DNA from: Podarcis tiliguerta
Taxonomy: Eukaryota
Assembly (NCBI GenBank): GCA_965153285.1
Contig: OZ229111.1
Length of the DNA stretch: 64,000 nucleotides
Strand: one strand, 5' to 3'
Shown here: one piece after another, positions 25,301 to 36,100 of the stretch
Layout: every line of letters begins with the position of its first letter
Position numbering within the stretch: position 1 is the stretch's first letter
Translations under genes and position numbers: made by a program
Notes under the pieces: model-generated
Database searches by the model: none
The model's input: only the letters and a program-made list of their open reading frames with translations
What the model was told of the DNA's origin: nothing

Positions 25301-28300
25301 TTCCTTGGTTTCCCTGTGTCAAATCATTGATTGTAAGAACTCTGGACAGGATCTGTCCTCCATATAGTGCCATCTACTCTAGCATTATAGTAACAGTGAT
25401 GTGGGGTGGAAGGTTTCCTAGTGCTTATATTTTCCATTTCACAGGAATGTACGCTAGTTACAAATACAGTATAAGTCAAGTTTCGCAGTTTCAAATGTGT
25501 TCAGGTTTGTTTCCTCAATGTAAGTAAAATAAACATGTTAATTAGATTACTCTCTAAAGCACTGGAAAATTTTCTGATGTACACTGGGAAACTTCCCAAT
25601 ACAAATCTGCCTATTTTGTGTAGGGGGGGGGGAATCCAAAAAATGATCCAATTAAAAAATAATTCTATTAAATCCACACCACATTATTATAATCATGCTT
25701 AAACAATACCCAGTGATAGCTTTATACTAAGCTACCACCTGCTTAGTTTTTGCTATAATCTCCTAGATTGAGTGACATCAGAGGAGTCAGAGCTGTAGCA
25801 TATTTGAAAGGTTTCACAAGCCTTTAAACTGACGTGCACTGTTGTAGGTATGCTGTACGTACACTTTCTCATCATAGCCCTCCATCCTACAAGTAGGGTT
25901 ATAATGGTGAACTATACTGTATGATTGTTATAAACTCTCCATGTAAGGTTGGTAAAGGGAGACGAGGCCTCTAACTTCTAGCCAGGGAATAACTTTACAG
26001 AGAACTTAGTTTGGCTTGTGTTCACTGGATGTGGGGGTTTGGGGGAATGTATCTCACTTTATCTGTCGGTGTTGTAGAGCAGAAAACAACATTTTATCCA
26101 TTCACCAAAAGGCTCAAACTCTGGCATCTGTCCTTTTGAAATTTTACAAGGTATTTTAAAAGTTATTTGCACACAAATTGACCCATGCAAGATTTTTTCA
26201 AAAATAAATTTATTCCCCAGACTTTAAAAGACTTCATCTTCTTGCACAAAAAAAATCCTGCACTTGTCTAAAGTTTGTCAGGTTTCGTACTCTCAGAAGG
26301 AACAACTGTGCCTACACATTTTTATCTATTTCTGTCAAAAAGTTTTTTAAAAGTTCTAGCTGTTGGTTGATTTCTATGTTGTAGTTAGAGGGGTCATACA
26401 AAGGCCAATTTTTGAGGCTTTGGATCTGGGCCAAAGCGGGTTGTGGTCAAGGTGGTCCAAGCTGAAGCAACCCGCTTTCTGAGATGCTGAAGCAGGAGCG
26501 AAATGGAATATTGTCTTCAGTGTGCACCACTTGATAAAGCATATTGTTTTGAATCAAACCTTGCTTTTTATTCCTTTTAGGAGAGAAGCCTGTAATGAAG
26601 GTGAAGGGGACCCACCACTCTATGTTAATGTAAATATGTTTAGTGGGCAGTTGATGAACACATGGATTGATTCTCTTCAAGCTTTTTTCCCTGGGCTTCA
26701 GGTATTTTCAATTTGGTGGAGAAAGTATAGAAAGCTTTGCAAAATGTGAACTACTAGGAGCTCAGCCTCCCAACCTAAAACAGATTTTGTTGGTCCTTTC
26801 TATAAAACTAGCATCTGGTAGGAAAGACTCCCCCATATTCAGTTCTGGTCTTGCCTTGCACTGTGCAGTTGACTTGCAAGTGTGGGTACTAGTCTAACAA
26901 CTGGAGCTAAAATGCATATGTATGACCATACAGATTCCAGAAGTGCAATGTTAGCATCATCATGCGGGTGGGAAGTGAGACAGCCGGTGGCTATACCCAG
27001 GGGATTAATTTGCCAGCTGGCTGCTTAGCACTTAAGATGAACTGGATGTTGGGTTGTAGTGGTAGACACAAGATAATTGCAAAAGGGTTTTTTTTGTGAA
27101 GGAGATACTAAGATTCCTTGACCACTGACACCTCCAGTAAAACTGGTTATGTTCCTTTTGCAGCAAAAGGTATGTAGCAATTCAGCTTCTACTGCTGCTG
27201 ATTGAATGTTACATGGAGTTGCACATTACAGCACATTACAGCATGTGCCTAATACATAGGTTTTCCCAGTCTGTTTTTATTATTTGCTTGGTGGTGTCTG
27301 GTCCAAAAGCAGCTATAGCACTTTTATATGTTTCAAAAGTCAGAGTTCTTTTGCTGAGCTAATGTTTGCTACACAATTTTAGAGTAGCGTTCCTGATAAC
27401 TGGTATATTGTCTGGTGCTTTTCCTGGCCTAGGGAGACTGACGATACTATGAAGGAAATTGGTAATGTTACTATATTATTACCAGTGAGCTGTCCTATAT
27501 TTATGCAGTTTTTCAATTTTGCTGCTTCTCAGGTTTTAATAGGTGATGTAGAAGATGCTATTTGCCTCCATGCATTTTATTATGCCATATGGAAACGATA
27601 TGGAGCTCTTCCAGAGAGGTACAACTGGCAGTTACAGGCACCTGATGTCCTCTTTTATCCCCTAAGGCCGGAGTTAGTAGAATCTACATATCTTCTTTAT
27701 CAGGTATTAAAGGTTTTTTTATATATATAATTGTCTTAATGAATGTATCCTTGTATTTTAGTAAGAACCTTTTCAACCGTTGCTGCTGCTTAAGAGGTGT
27801 GGTCTCAATATACGGTTACATATTTTTGGACTGATTCAATCTATTCTATTTGAGAAACATTGATTTAAGGGAATCATTGGTTTAAATTACATTTCCGGCT
27901 CCATGTTTGGATATGTCAATCAGGATCCAAAGAACTGGTTAAGTAATTTAGTTTTTCTTGCGTAGAGGGTGTGAGGCTCCCCTCCTCCCACAATGCTAAC
28001 ATTTGAATTGGCATAGTGGTCTACTATCCAAACTCTGGAAACTTGTTTAAATTCTTATTGGTGAGAACAAACTAGGATTAAACTATGGTTTTGCATCTGG
28101 TTTGTTTACTTTCTAGTGGCTGAACTATTTTGCTTTACTAGTGTTTGAGCCTTTATTTACATGGCATTGCATAATTTCTTCACACTTTTTTCCTTCCTTT
28201 TATTTAGGCAACAAAGAATCCCTTTTATCTCCATGTAGGCATGGATATTCTTCAGAGTCTGGAGAAGCACACAAAAGCAAAGTTAGTTTTCAAACTAAAC

Positions 28301-29631
28301 TTTTAATATCACCTTGTGCTTAGCTATTGGAAAATATAGAGACAAATGAAACCTTTTATTTTAAGTTACTTGTGAAGTTTCTTCTGAACTGAGCTGCATG
28401 TGGCAGTTAATACAAATATGCTTGCGTCCTTTGAATTAATTTTAAATCTCTTATCTAACGGGCATGTGAGCAACCTCTTTGCTTGTAAACATCAGAAACG
28501 CTATGGCTTGGATCCCAGTGCTCACAATGGATGTTTGAAAAACCTGTGCTTCAAGTGTTAGCCCCTATGTTGGATTTGCAAATCTCACTTTATTTTGTGT
28601 GTAGTACTTCTATATTGCCTACTAACCAAGTTTCTTGAGGCGGCAGCTTACAGGGCATTCAAAATACATGAGTTATAGGGAGGAGCAAAGGAGTTTATAA
28701 GCCTCTCTGCAGTTTTCAGGTGTTCAGTTGACATGCTGCTGCTGAATTTCTGGGCCACAAGCAGGTCTTAGAGGAGAAGAAAGCAGTCTGGCATTAGTCC
28801 TTTACAGAGTGGGGTTTACTCACTGGGTTGCTGCTGCCTGTTACAAGTTTCATAAGGAGTCATATGGATGAAGGGAAGAGAGTTCAAACGAGGACAATAT
28901 TTCCCAGCGTGCCCATGGCTTTAGGCGTGAAGCTCTTTAGTTGTCACTGTGCCATAACACTTCCCAGCACCCTCTTGCCATCTACTACTACTACTACCAG
29001 CCTGAATTATGGAGAGGAACAAGCTAATGGTTGTGGGATATTTGTTCTAATGGCTCTAAGAGGCACTGTGTTTGTGAGATATTAGAACAAGATCTGCTTG
29101 TTGCTCTTGGGTCTGCTGCTTGACAGAGCAGAGTTGCTCCATCAGCAGTAACTAGAAGAAAGCTAAGAATAGCAGTAACTTTTGGAATACAGTTAGAATC
29201 ATAGAATTGTAGAGTTGGAAGGGACCATGAGGATAATCTAGTCTAACCCCCTGCAATGCAGACATCTTTCACCCAATGTGGGGCTTGACTCCATGACCCT
29301 GAGATTAAGAGTCTCATGTTCTATTGACCAAGCTATCCCTCTATGGGCTTAATTCCTTAAAACATTTGTGGCTTGCTAGTGATAATTGAGGTTTTTAAAT
29401 TTTATTTCAGATGTGGCTATGCTACTCTGCACCATGTTATAGAGAAGTCCAAAGAAGATCGGATGGAAAGCTTTTTTCTCAGTGAAACATGTAAATATTT
29501 GTATTTGGTAGGTATTCTTTATGGTCAGCCTTGCGGCTTTCTGTTTTAAAATAGGCTTGTTCACTAGAACTGAAACTAGCAACAAGTGGTAGGCTTGTTT
29601 AAATAATTCATAGGGGTGGGTGGGTGTGTAT

Positions 29632-29662
<31 letters not shown>

Positions 29663-31487
29663 GTCTGTAATAAATATGTTATACTGGTAATCTACATATT
29701 CAAAATACATTTTATGGCACCTAGCTGCGTCCTGATCTGTGTCAATTCTGCAAACGTGGTGGTACTGCATTGCTGTTATATATTATGCTAAATGTGAAAC
29801 ATTAAGGATACATTAAAAATTCTTGTTTCAGCTTTTTGATGAAGAAAACCCAGTGCACAAATCGGGCAACAGATATATGTTTACTACAGAGGGGCATATA
29901 GTATCACTGGATAAGCGTCTTCGTGTTTCACTGTGGCAAGATACTTTCCCTGAAGAACAGAAGAAGACTGAAAAGCTAAAGCCAAATGAACTTAGAGCAA
30001 TCAACTCTACTTCCAATGTAAATATAAACCAGTTCCAGTTTGGATATAGTAGTAGTGTACAGAAATAGGGCATGCAAACAATTCTGCCCAGTTAACTAAG
30101 CATTTTGTAACTAGTTAATATAGAGTGTCCGGGGGTGGGGGGGGAGTGCTTGCTTAAACAGAAGAGGACATCTGTTTTTTCAGCAAATATATCCATGGAT
30201 GCTGCTCAGATATATTATGATGGCAATTGCAATATGTATTTTTCCTGTAAAGAGTTTCTGTTTTGCTGAATAGGAATGATCTTATAATTAGCTTTTGAGG
30301 GGGTGGAGAGGATCAGAAATCCATTTTAGAATCTTAGGTTCAAGCCTGCAGGGATCTAAATCTGAAGGTTTTGGGGAGCACACTTGAGTGTTCAGACAAG
30401 AACACTTGGAGTGTGTCCAAGTATTCTCCAAGACATATTTGTTTCATACATATAAGTGTTGCTTGTCTTTCTAGACGAGGGTAAAGATCCAATAGCAGAT
30501 TAAAAGCCCAAATGTTCAGAAAGAAATGAGATCTCAACAATATAAAATTTCTTTTAGACACTATAATTCATAGTCCTTGCCTGAATTTGTTTAATGCACA
30601 ATTCTGCACCCTTCTTGAATGGTTGTGGCTAGAACCACATGAGACCTAGCTCCGATTTTTTCAGAAACGATGTAGATACTAAAGGCTGTATTCATTTGGT
30701 TCACACGAATACACGGAGTGGCCAACTCCCAAGAGACTGCGATCAACTCAGAGTTAAAAACTGGCAGTGATCGACCCCCTTTTGGGGGGTTCAGGTCAAA
30801 GTTGTTGAGCTTTTTTAGGGGGGGGGAAGCCAGTGATCTAATATACCACAGACGTCCAGTGATCTACCAGTAGATCACGATCTACCTGTTGGACGTGCCT
30901 GGAATACAATAATTGTCTTTGCCATCCAGTTAAACTCTGGGGCGGGGAGCCCATTTTGGTTCAGGTAGTCAAGAAGATTCTTTGTTTAAAGCAGTAAAGC
31001 CAAGTTCACTCATCAGTTCCTTCCAGTGGTAAAAGAGAGCTTTGTGTGCATGACCAAGAATCACAATGGGTGAGTTGATGTTCCTGGAATGTAGCAGTTT
31101 AACAGAGATATTCTACTTGTTCCTGTAAAGTCACCAGCGTTTTGGATAGCTTTGAAGGAAACTTTTCAGTACCGAGGACTGTTTCTCACACTTTCAAGAT
31201 ATGAATGTGTCGAGTGACACTCATCATTTAAGTATGCCCATTCCCTTCTGTTAGGAGCAGTATCTGATCCTGTCATGTTGCCAAGCGATGTGTGGTGTGA
31301 ATCATGCCCTCCCATCCAAATGGTACAAGATTCAGTCCTGAAAAGCAAGCTGCTGTGAACTTCCAACTATTAAAAAACGTCTCCTTCTGTTTTGCAGTGC
31401 AACAGAGTACCAGATGAGAGGAGATACTTGCTGCCTTTGAAGAGTATTTACATGAGACAGATTGATCAGATGGTGGGCTTGATCTGA
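12895..31487 (+). CDS. EDEM1: ER degradation-enhancing alpha-mannosidase-like protein 1 (GH47), 12 exons, 647 aa: join(12895..13391,18583..18655,19736..19839,22208..22379,23104..23287,24651..24825,26581..26701,27533..27703,28208..28281,29411..29507,29832..30017,31398..31487)
   Basis: Joined CDS is 1944 nt, in frame, with all introns GT-AG. N-terminus [10 protein letters not shown]47 motifs [61 protein letters not shown]-terminus IDQMVGLI*. Confidence 0.97.
13915..14193. mobile_element. hAT MITE in EDEM1 intron 1
   Basis: TIR CAGTGCCGGATTTA / TAAATCCTGCCCTG; perfect 8-bp TSD TTCTTGCC. Confidence 0.8.
15115..16160 (-). mobile_element. Old CR1 LINE 3' fragment (antisense)
   Basis: ACATAA..GATCAGATCAAAGTCC, CTAATCCCCTTTTAAAGCC and CAGAATTGTATATAATATTCCAAA resemble the antisense CR1 ORF2 end and 3'UTR. 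Confidence 0.6.
18056..18303. mobile_element. Tc1/mariner-like MITE with an internal palindrome
   Basis: TA|CAGTCATACC terminus (as at 24009); internal TGATTGGCTGCAGGA..TCCTGCAGCCAATC dyad. Confidence 0.7.
18583..18655 (+). CDS. EDEM1: EDEM1 exon 2
   Basis: tttcag|T TCA AAT CTG...CTA GCA|gtgagt; [24 protein letters not shown]. Confidence 0.95.
18795..19067 (-). mobile_element. Interspersed repeat (possibly RTE/Vingi-type LINE 5' region or a derived SINE)
   Basis: A second, inverted copy lies at 59847-59950 (GTGTATGGAGGTCCTGG..GTCCAAAG); class assignment uncertain. Confidence 0.55.
19736..19839 (+). CDS. EDEM1: EDEM1 exon 3
   Basis: cttaaag|GTA ATG GGA AAT...ACA ATT AG|gtaggt; [35 protein letters not shown]. 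Confidence 0.95.
20356..20580. mobile_element. hAT MITE with a nested BovB 3' fragment (~20371-20451)
   Basis: TIR CAGTGCTATTTTTC / GAAAAAAAGTCCTG and TSD CTTATT(T/A)G; inner BovB tail flanked by an ATTTTTCT duplication; same family as 62781-63616. Confidence 0.75.
21657..21911 (+). mobile_element. Squam3 SINE, full length
   Basis: GAGAGCCAGTGTGGTGTAGTGGTTAAGAGC (A box)..GGTTCGCGTCTCC (B box)..(CTT)n tail. Confidence 0.9.
22208..22379 (+). CDS. EDEM1: EDEM1 exon 4
   Basis: cttacag|G GTT TTG GGA AGC...CCT CGG|gtaagt; VLGSLLSAH...TGIPYPR. Confidence 0.95.
22934..23175 (+). repeat. Diverged tandem duplication (120 + 122 bp) of the intron 4 end and first 72 nt of EDEM1 exon 5
   Basis: Copy 1 is 22934-23053 and copy 2 is 23054-23175; both read CTGCTTGCTTTTCAAGA..TCTTTGT(A/G)TAG|GTAAACTTAAGAACAGG..GGATCCTTATTG. 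Confidence 0.93.
23104..23287 (+). CDS. EDEM1: EDEM1 exon 5
   Basis: tgtgtag|GTA AAC TTA...CTA TTA G|gtgcat; [36 protein letters not shown]. Confidence 0.93.
24009..24262. mobile_element. Tc1/mariner-like MITE
   Basis: TA|CAGTCATACCTC..GAGGTACCACTG|TA; internal AACCCGGAAGTA..TACTTCCGGGTT palindrome. Confidence 0.8.
24651..24825 (+). CDS. EDEM1: EDEM1 exon 6
   Basis: tttatag|GC AAT GTT...CGA GG|gtatgt; [22 protein letters not shown]. Confidence 0.95.
26581..26701 (+). CDS. EDEM1: EDEM1 exon 7
   Basis: cttttag|G AGA GAA GCC...CTT CAG|gtattt; [13 protein letters not shown]. Confidence 0.95.
27533..27703 (+). CDS. EDEM1: EDEM1 exon 8
   Basis: ttctcag|GTT TTA ATA...TAT CAG|gtatta; [16 protein letters not shown]. 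Confidence 0.95.
28208..28281 (+). CDS. EDEM1: EDEM1 exon 9
   Basis: tatttag|GCA ACA AAG AAT...GCA AA|gttagt; [25 protein letters not shown]. Confidence 0.93.
29193..29339 (-). mobile_element. tRNA-derived SINE with a CR1-type tail
   Basis: Reverse complement reads GGGATAGCTTGGTC..GAGACTCTTAATCTCAGGGTC (tRNA-Lys-like head) and ..TTCCAACTCTACAATTCTATGATTCTA tail. Confidence 0.75.
29411..29507 (+). CDS. EDEM1: EDEM1 exon 10
   Basis: atttcag|A TGT GGC TAT...TAT TTG|gtaggt; [17 protein letters not shown]. Confidence 0.95.
29632..29659. repeat. (CA)n microsatellite
   Basis: Seen directly in the sequence. Confidence 0.95.
29832..30017 (+). CDS. EDEM1: EDEM1 exon 11
   Basis: gtttcag|CTT TTT GAT GAA...TCC AAT|gtaaat; [10 protein letters not shown]. 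Confidence 0.9.
30713..30901. mobile_element. hAT MITE (GATC(G/T)ACC-repeat type)
   Basis: Imperfect TIR GGAGTGGCCAAC / GTTGGACGTGCCTG, repeated GATCTACC subterminal motifs, GAATACA flanking duplication. Confidence 0.65.
31398..31487 (+). CDS. EDEM1: EDEM1 exon 12 coding part (TGA stop)
   Basis: tttgcag|TGC AAC AGA GTA CCA...TTG ATC TGA; [29 protein letters not shown]. Confidence 0.95.
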   Translation, partial: CNRVPDERRYLLPLKSIYMRQIDQMVGLI

Positions 31488-34400
31488 ACATCTCTTCATA
31501 TGGAGTAATCCTTAAGGCGCAAGGCAGCATCTTGTTCTGAAGATGAGTCTCTTGAGCCACATAGCTTATAGCAGGTGCAGGCATTTAAATAGCCACTCAT
31601 TGTAATGAAGGATTCAGTTTAAAGATGGAAAGAGGATCCCGTGCTAGACTCCAGTTGTTATCACTGAAATACAGTCGGATGTGGCATATTTTGCCTAATG
31701 TGAGCTACGTTATCGCATGTGAAACTTTGAAGCTTGTATTTCTGAAAAATACGTGATAGACTAAGGTGACCTTTTAAAAGGATTTGCAAGTATCTTGTAT
31801 CAGAAATGCTGTTTTGCCACATCTCTTAATTGCATTCTAAATAAGAATGTTGGAGAGAACCTATATATATTTCTTATAAAAAAAAGGGTGTGTGTGTGGA
31901 AAAAAAGGGAATGTGCAATTTCTCTCACCAAGCTTAATTATTAGATTATTTAACTAGCAATAAACAATATTAATTATTGCTCAGGTAGGAAAAAATCCAT
32001 AGGTTCTGGTTTACTCGGTGTCTTGCTGGAAATGTCCTAATTGAAATGCAGTTTGTTGTAATATCAGCCAAGATATTGCATCACTGTGTTTAGGACTAAC
32101 ATCTAGGCTGATGTTGAAAACAGTGTTCTTAATTAGAATTGCACATTCAAGGGTGTATGGAGTTTACTAGTTTCTGAAACCCGTAATTTTTAAAAGGTGC
32201 CTTCTAGTAGGTGTAAATGCACAGAGCCACTCATCTGATACTTTGTATTGCTGATTTACCAACATTCACAACATTATTCTGTTTATATTCATCTCCTGCT
32301 TTGTGCCTCTCTGGGAGATCTTCCTGAATCTAAGTATTTACATTCCTTGTAGTTGTAATATGTAAGCTTTTTGAGCTAGTGCCTTCTTAGCTGTTTTCAG
32401 AACAGAGGCAAGGGCTTGAGCGGTTCATTTTCCAGAAAGAAATAACCTTTTAAAAATCATTTATAACTATTGTACTTTTACAATATAAAAGATTAACATC
32501 CCAAGTAGTGTTAGAGGGTTGTACACTCTCCTTTCACGTTTACTGTGAATTGAGTATTTACAGGCGATTATTGCCCCTTCTTGGGGCATGTATTTTACAT
32601 ATACATATAGCAGAAGAAGTAGAGAGAGAAGCTGATCCTCAAAGATGTTCTGGCCTTTGATTCTCATTTTAATTCTTGTGACAAGAATATTCACCATTTT
32701 TGAAGCACCTTGGGGCAACCAAAGTGGATATAAGATGAGGCCTTCCTTTGTTTCTGATGAACAAAGTCTTTCTTCCACACCCCAGTAAGGCTGGGAAGGT
32801 AGAAGAGAGTATCTGCCTGCCTTCAGGAATATAATTTAAACCCATTTGAGGATTCTTACAGTAGATTGAAATATGATTATTGATCAGCATTTTCCTCTTT
32901 GAAAAGCGCAGTACATCTTGGATCAAATTTTACCATGCATTGTGTACATACCAGTTTCACTACCCAACCTAATCCAGTTCATAATATATGTTTGCTTTCA
33001 CAAAACACATTTCAAATATTACATAATATTTATCAAATAAATAATTAGGGCTTGCTTAATCTCTTTGGCAAACAAATGAATCTCAGGGATCTCAAAGTAG
33101 GCTTATGTTTGCCTAGAAGATTTTGTGTTTCACTGTACAGCCTTTCTTCCTATTTTCTCAGTGTTGCTATTTGTAAGAGCGAGCGAACAGTTCAGAATCC
33201 TCTGGAAGATTAAAATCCTATAAAAACCATGATACCTCTATAGGTGAGACCAGATCTTAATGGCCTTCTTTTTTTCCTCCAAAATTATGCCTATGATGTT
33301 TGACCTAGTAGCTGACTTTTCAGGTCAAGCAACACTTCCTGAGTTGCGAGGAGAGCACAGGTGAAAAAAATGATTGGGCTTTTTGACCAGTTATACAGGG
33401 CTGGCATCATCTACTAATCCTGCAAAGGAGAGCATGTTAACCGTTCACAATTAGAACATGTGCTTCAGGAGGGAATGTGTGAAGCAAAAAAGCTGAAAAC
33501 TTCAACATTGGCTGGAATCCATAGAGCAGTTTATGCAAAGTACTTTACTAGCACAGTGAATTTTGCTATTGGGCCCAGTTGGGCCCCACCCCAGTCATGA
33601 ACTGCTTTTGAAACTGAGTATTTCCAAAGTTTTGTTGTTGTTTGAAAAAAGATCCTGGCCATAAGCTGTTGATGTGATGAGAAATGCAAACTGAAACAAG
33701 TCAGTTTATCACTGCTATAATCATGTTGTCAACAAAGCATGCTGTCACAAGGTATGTATGTGTCTGCATAATGGGGTCGACTGGGTGTGTAACTTTTTTG
33801 GCATGTCCACATTGGCGCTTATGACTATGTGTAGCCTCTTTGATGCAAATTGCACGTTTTGTAACTCAACTTAGGAAAGTTTGTGCCTACTAAAATGTTG
33901 GGTGTCCAAATGGTGACTTACAGTTTGGCTTATTTTTCCAAGTAATGTGTTTCAGATGTTTGCTTTTTTTAAAAAAAACACACAACCAGGTTACTAGAAT
34001 TCTAAAGGCTTAAGGGCACTTACAAAACACTTGTACTAGTCAAAATAGTATAGTTCTTTCCCATGTGATTCAGCCAGCATTTTGATTGGTTTTGGTATGG
34101 ATAAAATCTCATATTGAGAAGGTTGTATCTGTCCTTAGTGACTGGTGTCCGAGGCCACTCATAGATGCTAATATGTGCTGTGAACACTCAAACAGATACC
34201 TGATATTGACATAGATTGCACTAGATCAATCTATGTGGACTAGATCAAATTTCCAAGTGAAATATTGAAATTAGCAGTCTTTCAATATTTGAAGATTACC
34301 AACACTGTCCTTCCTATAAAATACCTTTTATTGTTACAAAATGTGTCCAGTTTCTTCTGTTGCAATATTAGTGTTAAGACCAAGTCTTAAGCGTTGCTTG

Positions 34401-34610
34401 GATAACTTGCCAATTCATAAAACCAAACTGAATTTCTCACCATAATGTGCAATATGTGTTTTTTTTTCCTAGCCTAATACGGCATTGTTACAAAATGTAT
34501 TTAATAGGGTGAGGGCGTTACTGTTTATAAAGGATCAGATGTTCTGGAAAATGTAACGCAGATTTTACATTATAATTTGTATTAAATACTATTTCTTAAT
34601 TCTGTGGTGC
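31488..34610 (+). other. EDEM1: EDEM1 3'UTR with candidate poly(A) signals AATAAA 31959-31964 and ATTAAA 34581-34586
   Basis: Repeat-free AT-rich tract after the stop; the distal ATTAAA is preceded by TGTA and followed by GU-rich sequence; end point inferred. Confidence 0.55.
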
Positions 34611-34889
34611 CTGTCTTTTCTGAAGTTTTAACAGAAAACGATATGTGACTGGAGGACCCTGTGGAAGAGGGTGTTTCATTTTCTGCATAATGTGTAAGAC
34701 TGGGCAGTTTTTACCCTTTACAGGCTTTAAATGTTGGATGTCCTCATTTGGACACGCTGTCATGATGCAACTGCAGAAACCTGTCTTATATTTGTCTCAT
34801 TGAGCTTTATGCTCAATGCTGTCACCAGGTGACTTAAAGACCTAAACCCAAATCTATTGTTGCTGCAATCTGGGAACAGTAGCGCCTTC

Positions 34890-34932
<43 letters not shown>
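34890..34932. repeat. (GT)n(GA)n compound microsatellite
   Basis: Seen directly in the sequence. Confidence 0.95.
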
Positions 34933-34933
<1 letters not shown>

Positions 34934-35976
34934 ATCCTGCCAAGTTTAAAAGGGTAGGTGCAGCTGTTTTTCCCCTGCAAGCATTTACAGTTTCAGGTAG
35001 CTAAAAAGGATTTGCTTGAATCTACCCTTATTTTATGAGCATATTCCATAGAAGTACTCTTAGGTATGAAACCTGCCAAATTAGGCAAATGGGTCCAGGG
35101 CTTTCTGTACTAAGCGCTTTAAAAAATTGATGTGGGGGCGGGGGGGGGGGGAGAGACCTAAAAGGATTTGCTTCCCTTTCCTATGGTTTTGTGGGCAATG
35201 ATTTTATTATGGAAATTGATTATTTTGTAGGGGTGCCTCGAGGAAAGCAAGCTGCAAACTTTCAGAAAGGATGAAGGATAGGAGAGTTGGTGAATTGGGA
35301 GTGGGGGGGGAAGCTTTAGGCTTGTGCTCTGCTCAGTTGGTATCAAGAGTCATAGAAACTAAGTCCAAATATGATTTGATGAGGGCGTGGATGTGGGGGC
35401 ATCTAGGACAGAGGCAGAAGGATTTCAGTATTCAACATCTTCCAAGCAAGCACGATTAACTAAAGTAGCAAACAGCACAGAACAGATAAGAACAGGATAC
35501 ATAATTTCAGTATCCCCCTTCCCAAAGCACTAAGATTGGAAAGCCCTGGTAAAATAATTCCTTCTGATTAGAAACTAGGCCAGTCACTCACAAAAGAGCT
35601 TTCCATCTCCCCACTTCCTTATCTAGCAAGCTTGAGATGTTTCAGTTTTTGCAGTTTGTTAAAAACGTCTGAATTGCGAAAGTGCTCCAGTAGTGTTAGG
35701 TTTGGGGCACTTTGGATATATTCTTTGGCTTCAACAAGCCTTGAATCCATCCGTAATGTCTTTGCTTTGTTTCTTGGAGTTCATCTGAATCTTATGCACA
35801 CTCCTGTTGAACATCCAGCCCTACTGCTTATATCAGAGGTTTTCAAACTTTTTGAGTCCCCGGCTCCCATGTCCAACTACATTCTTTCTGCGGTACCCAA
35901 GCCTAGTTATGTCACCCTATGTCTGCCAAACTGGCAGTGTCTCACCCTTTTTCAAACACCCTCCCTCTGGAGTGTT

Positions 35977-36036
35977 CTCTCCTCTCCTCTCCTCTCCTCT
36001 CCTCTCCCCTCCCCTCCCCTCCCCTCCCCTCCCCTC
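35977..36036. repeat. (CTCCT)n/(CCCCT)n pentanucleotide tract
   Basis: Seen directly in the sequence. Confidence 0.9.
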
Positions 36037-36100
36037 TCGCCTCTCATTGGGATTCCTGCTTGAGCAGCCTCAGCTCCTGGCAACCAGCACCCTCTGACCA

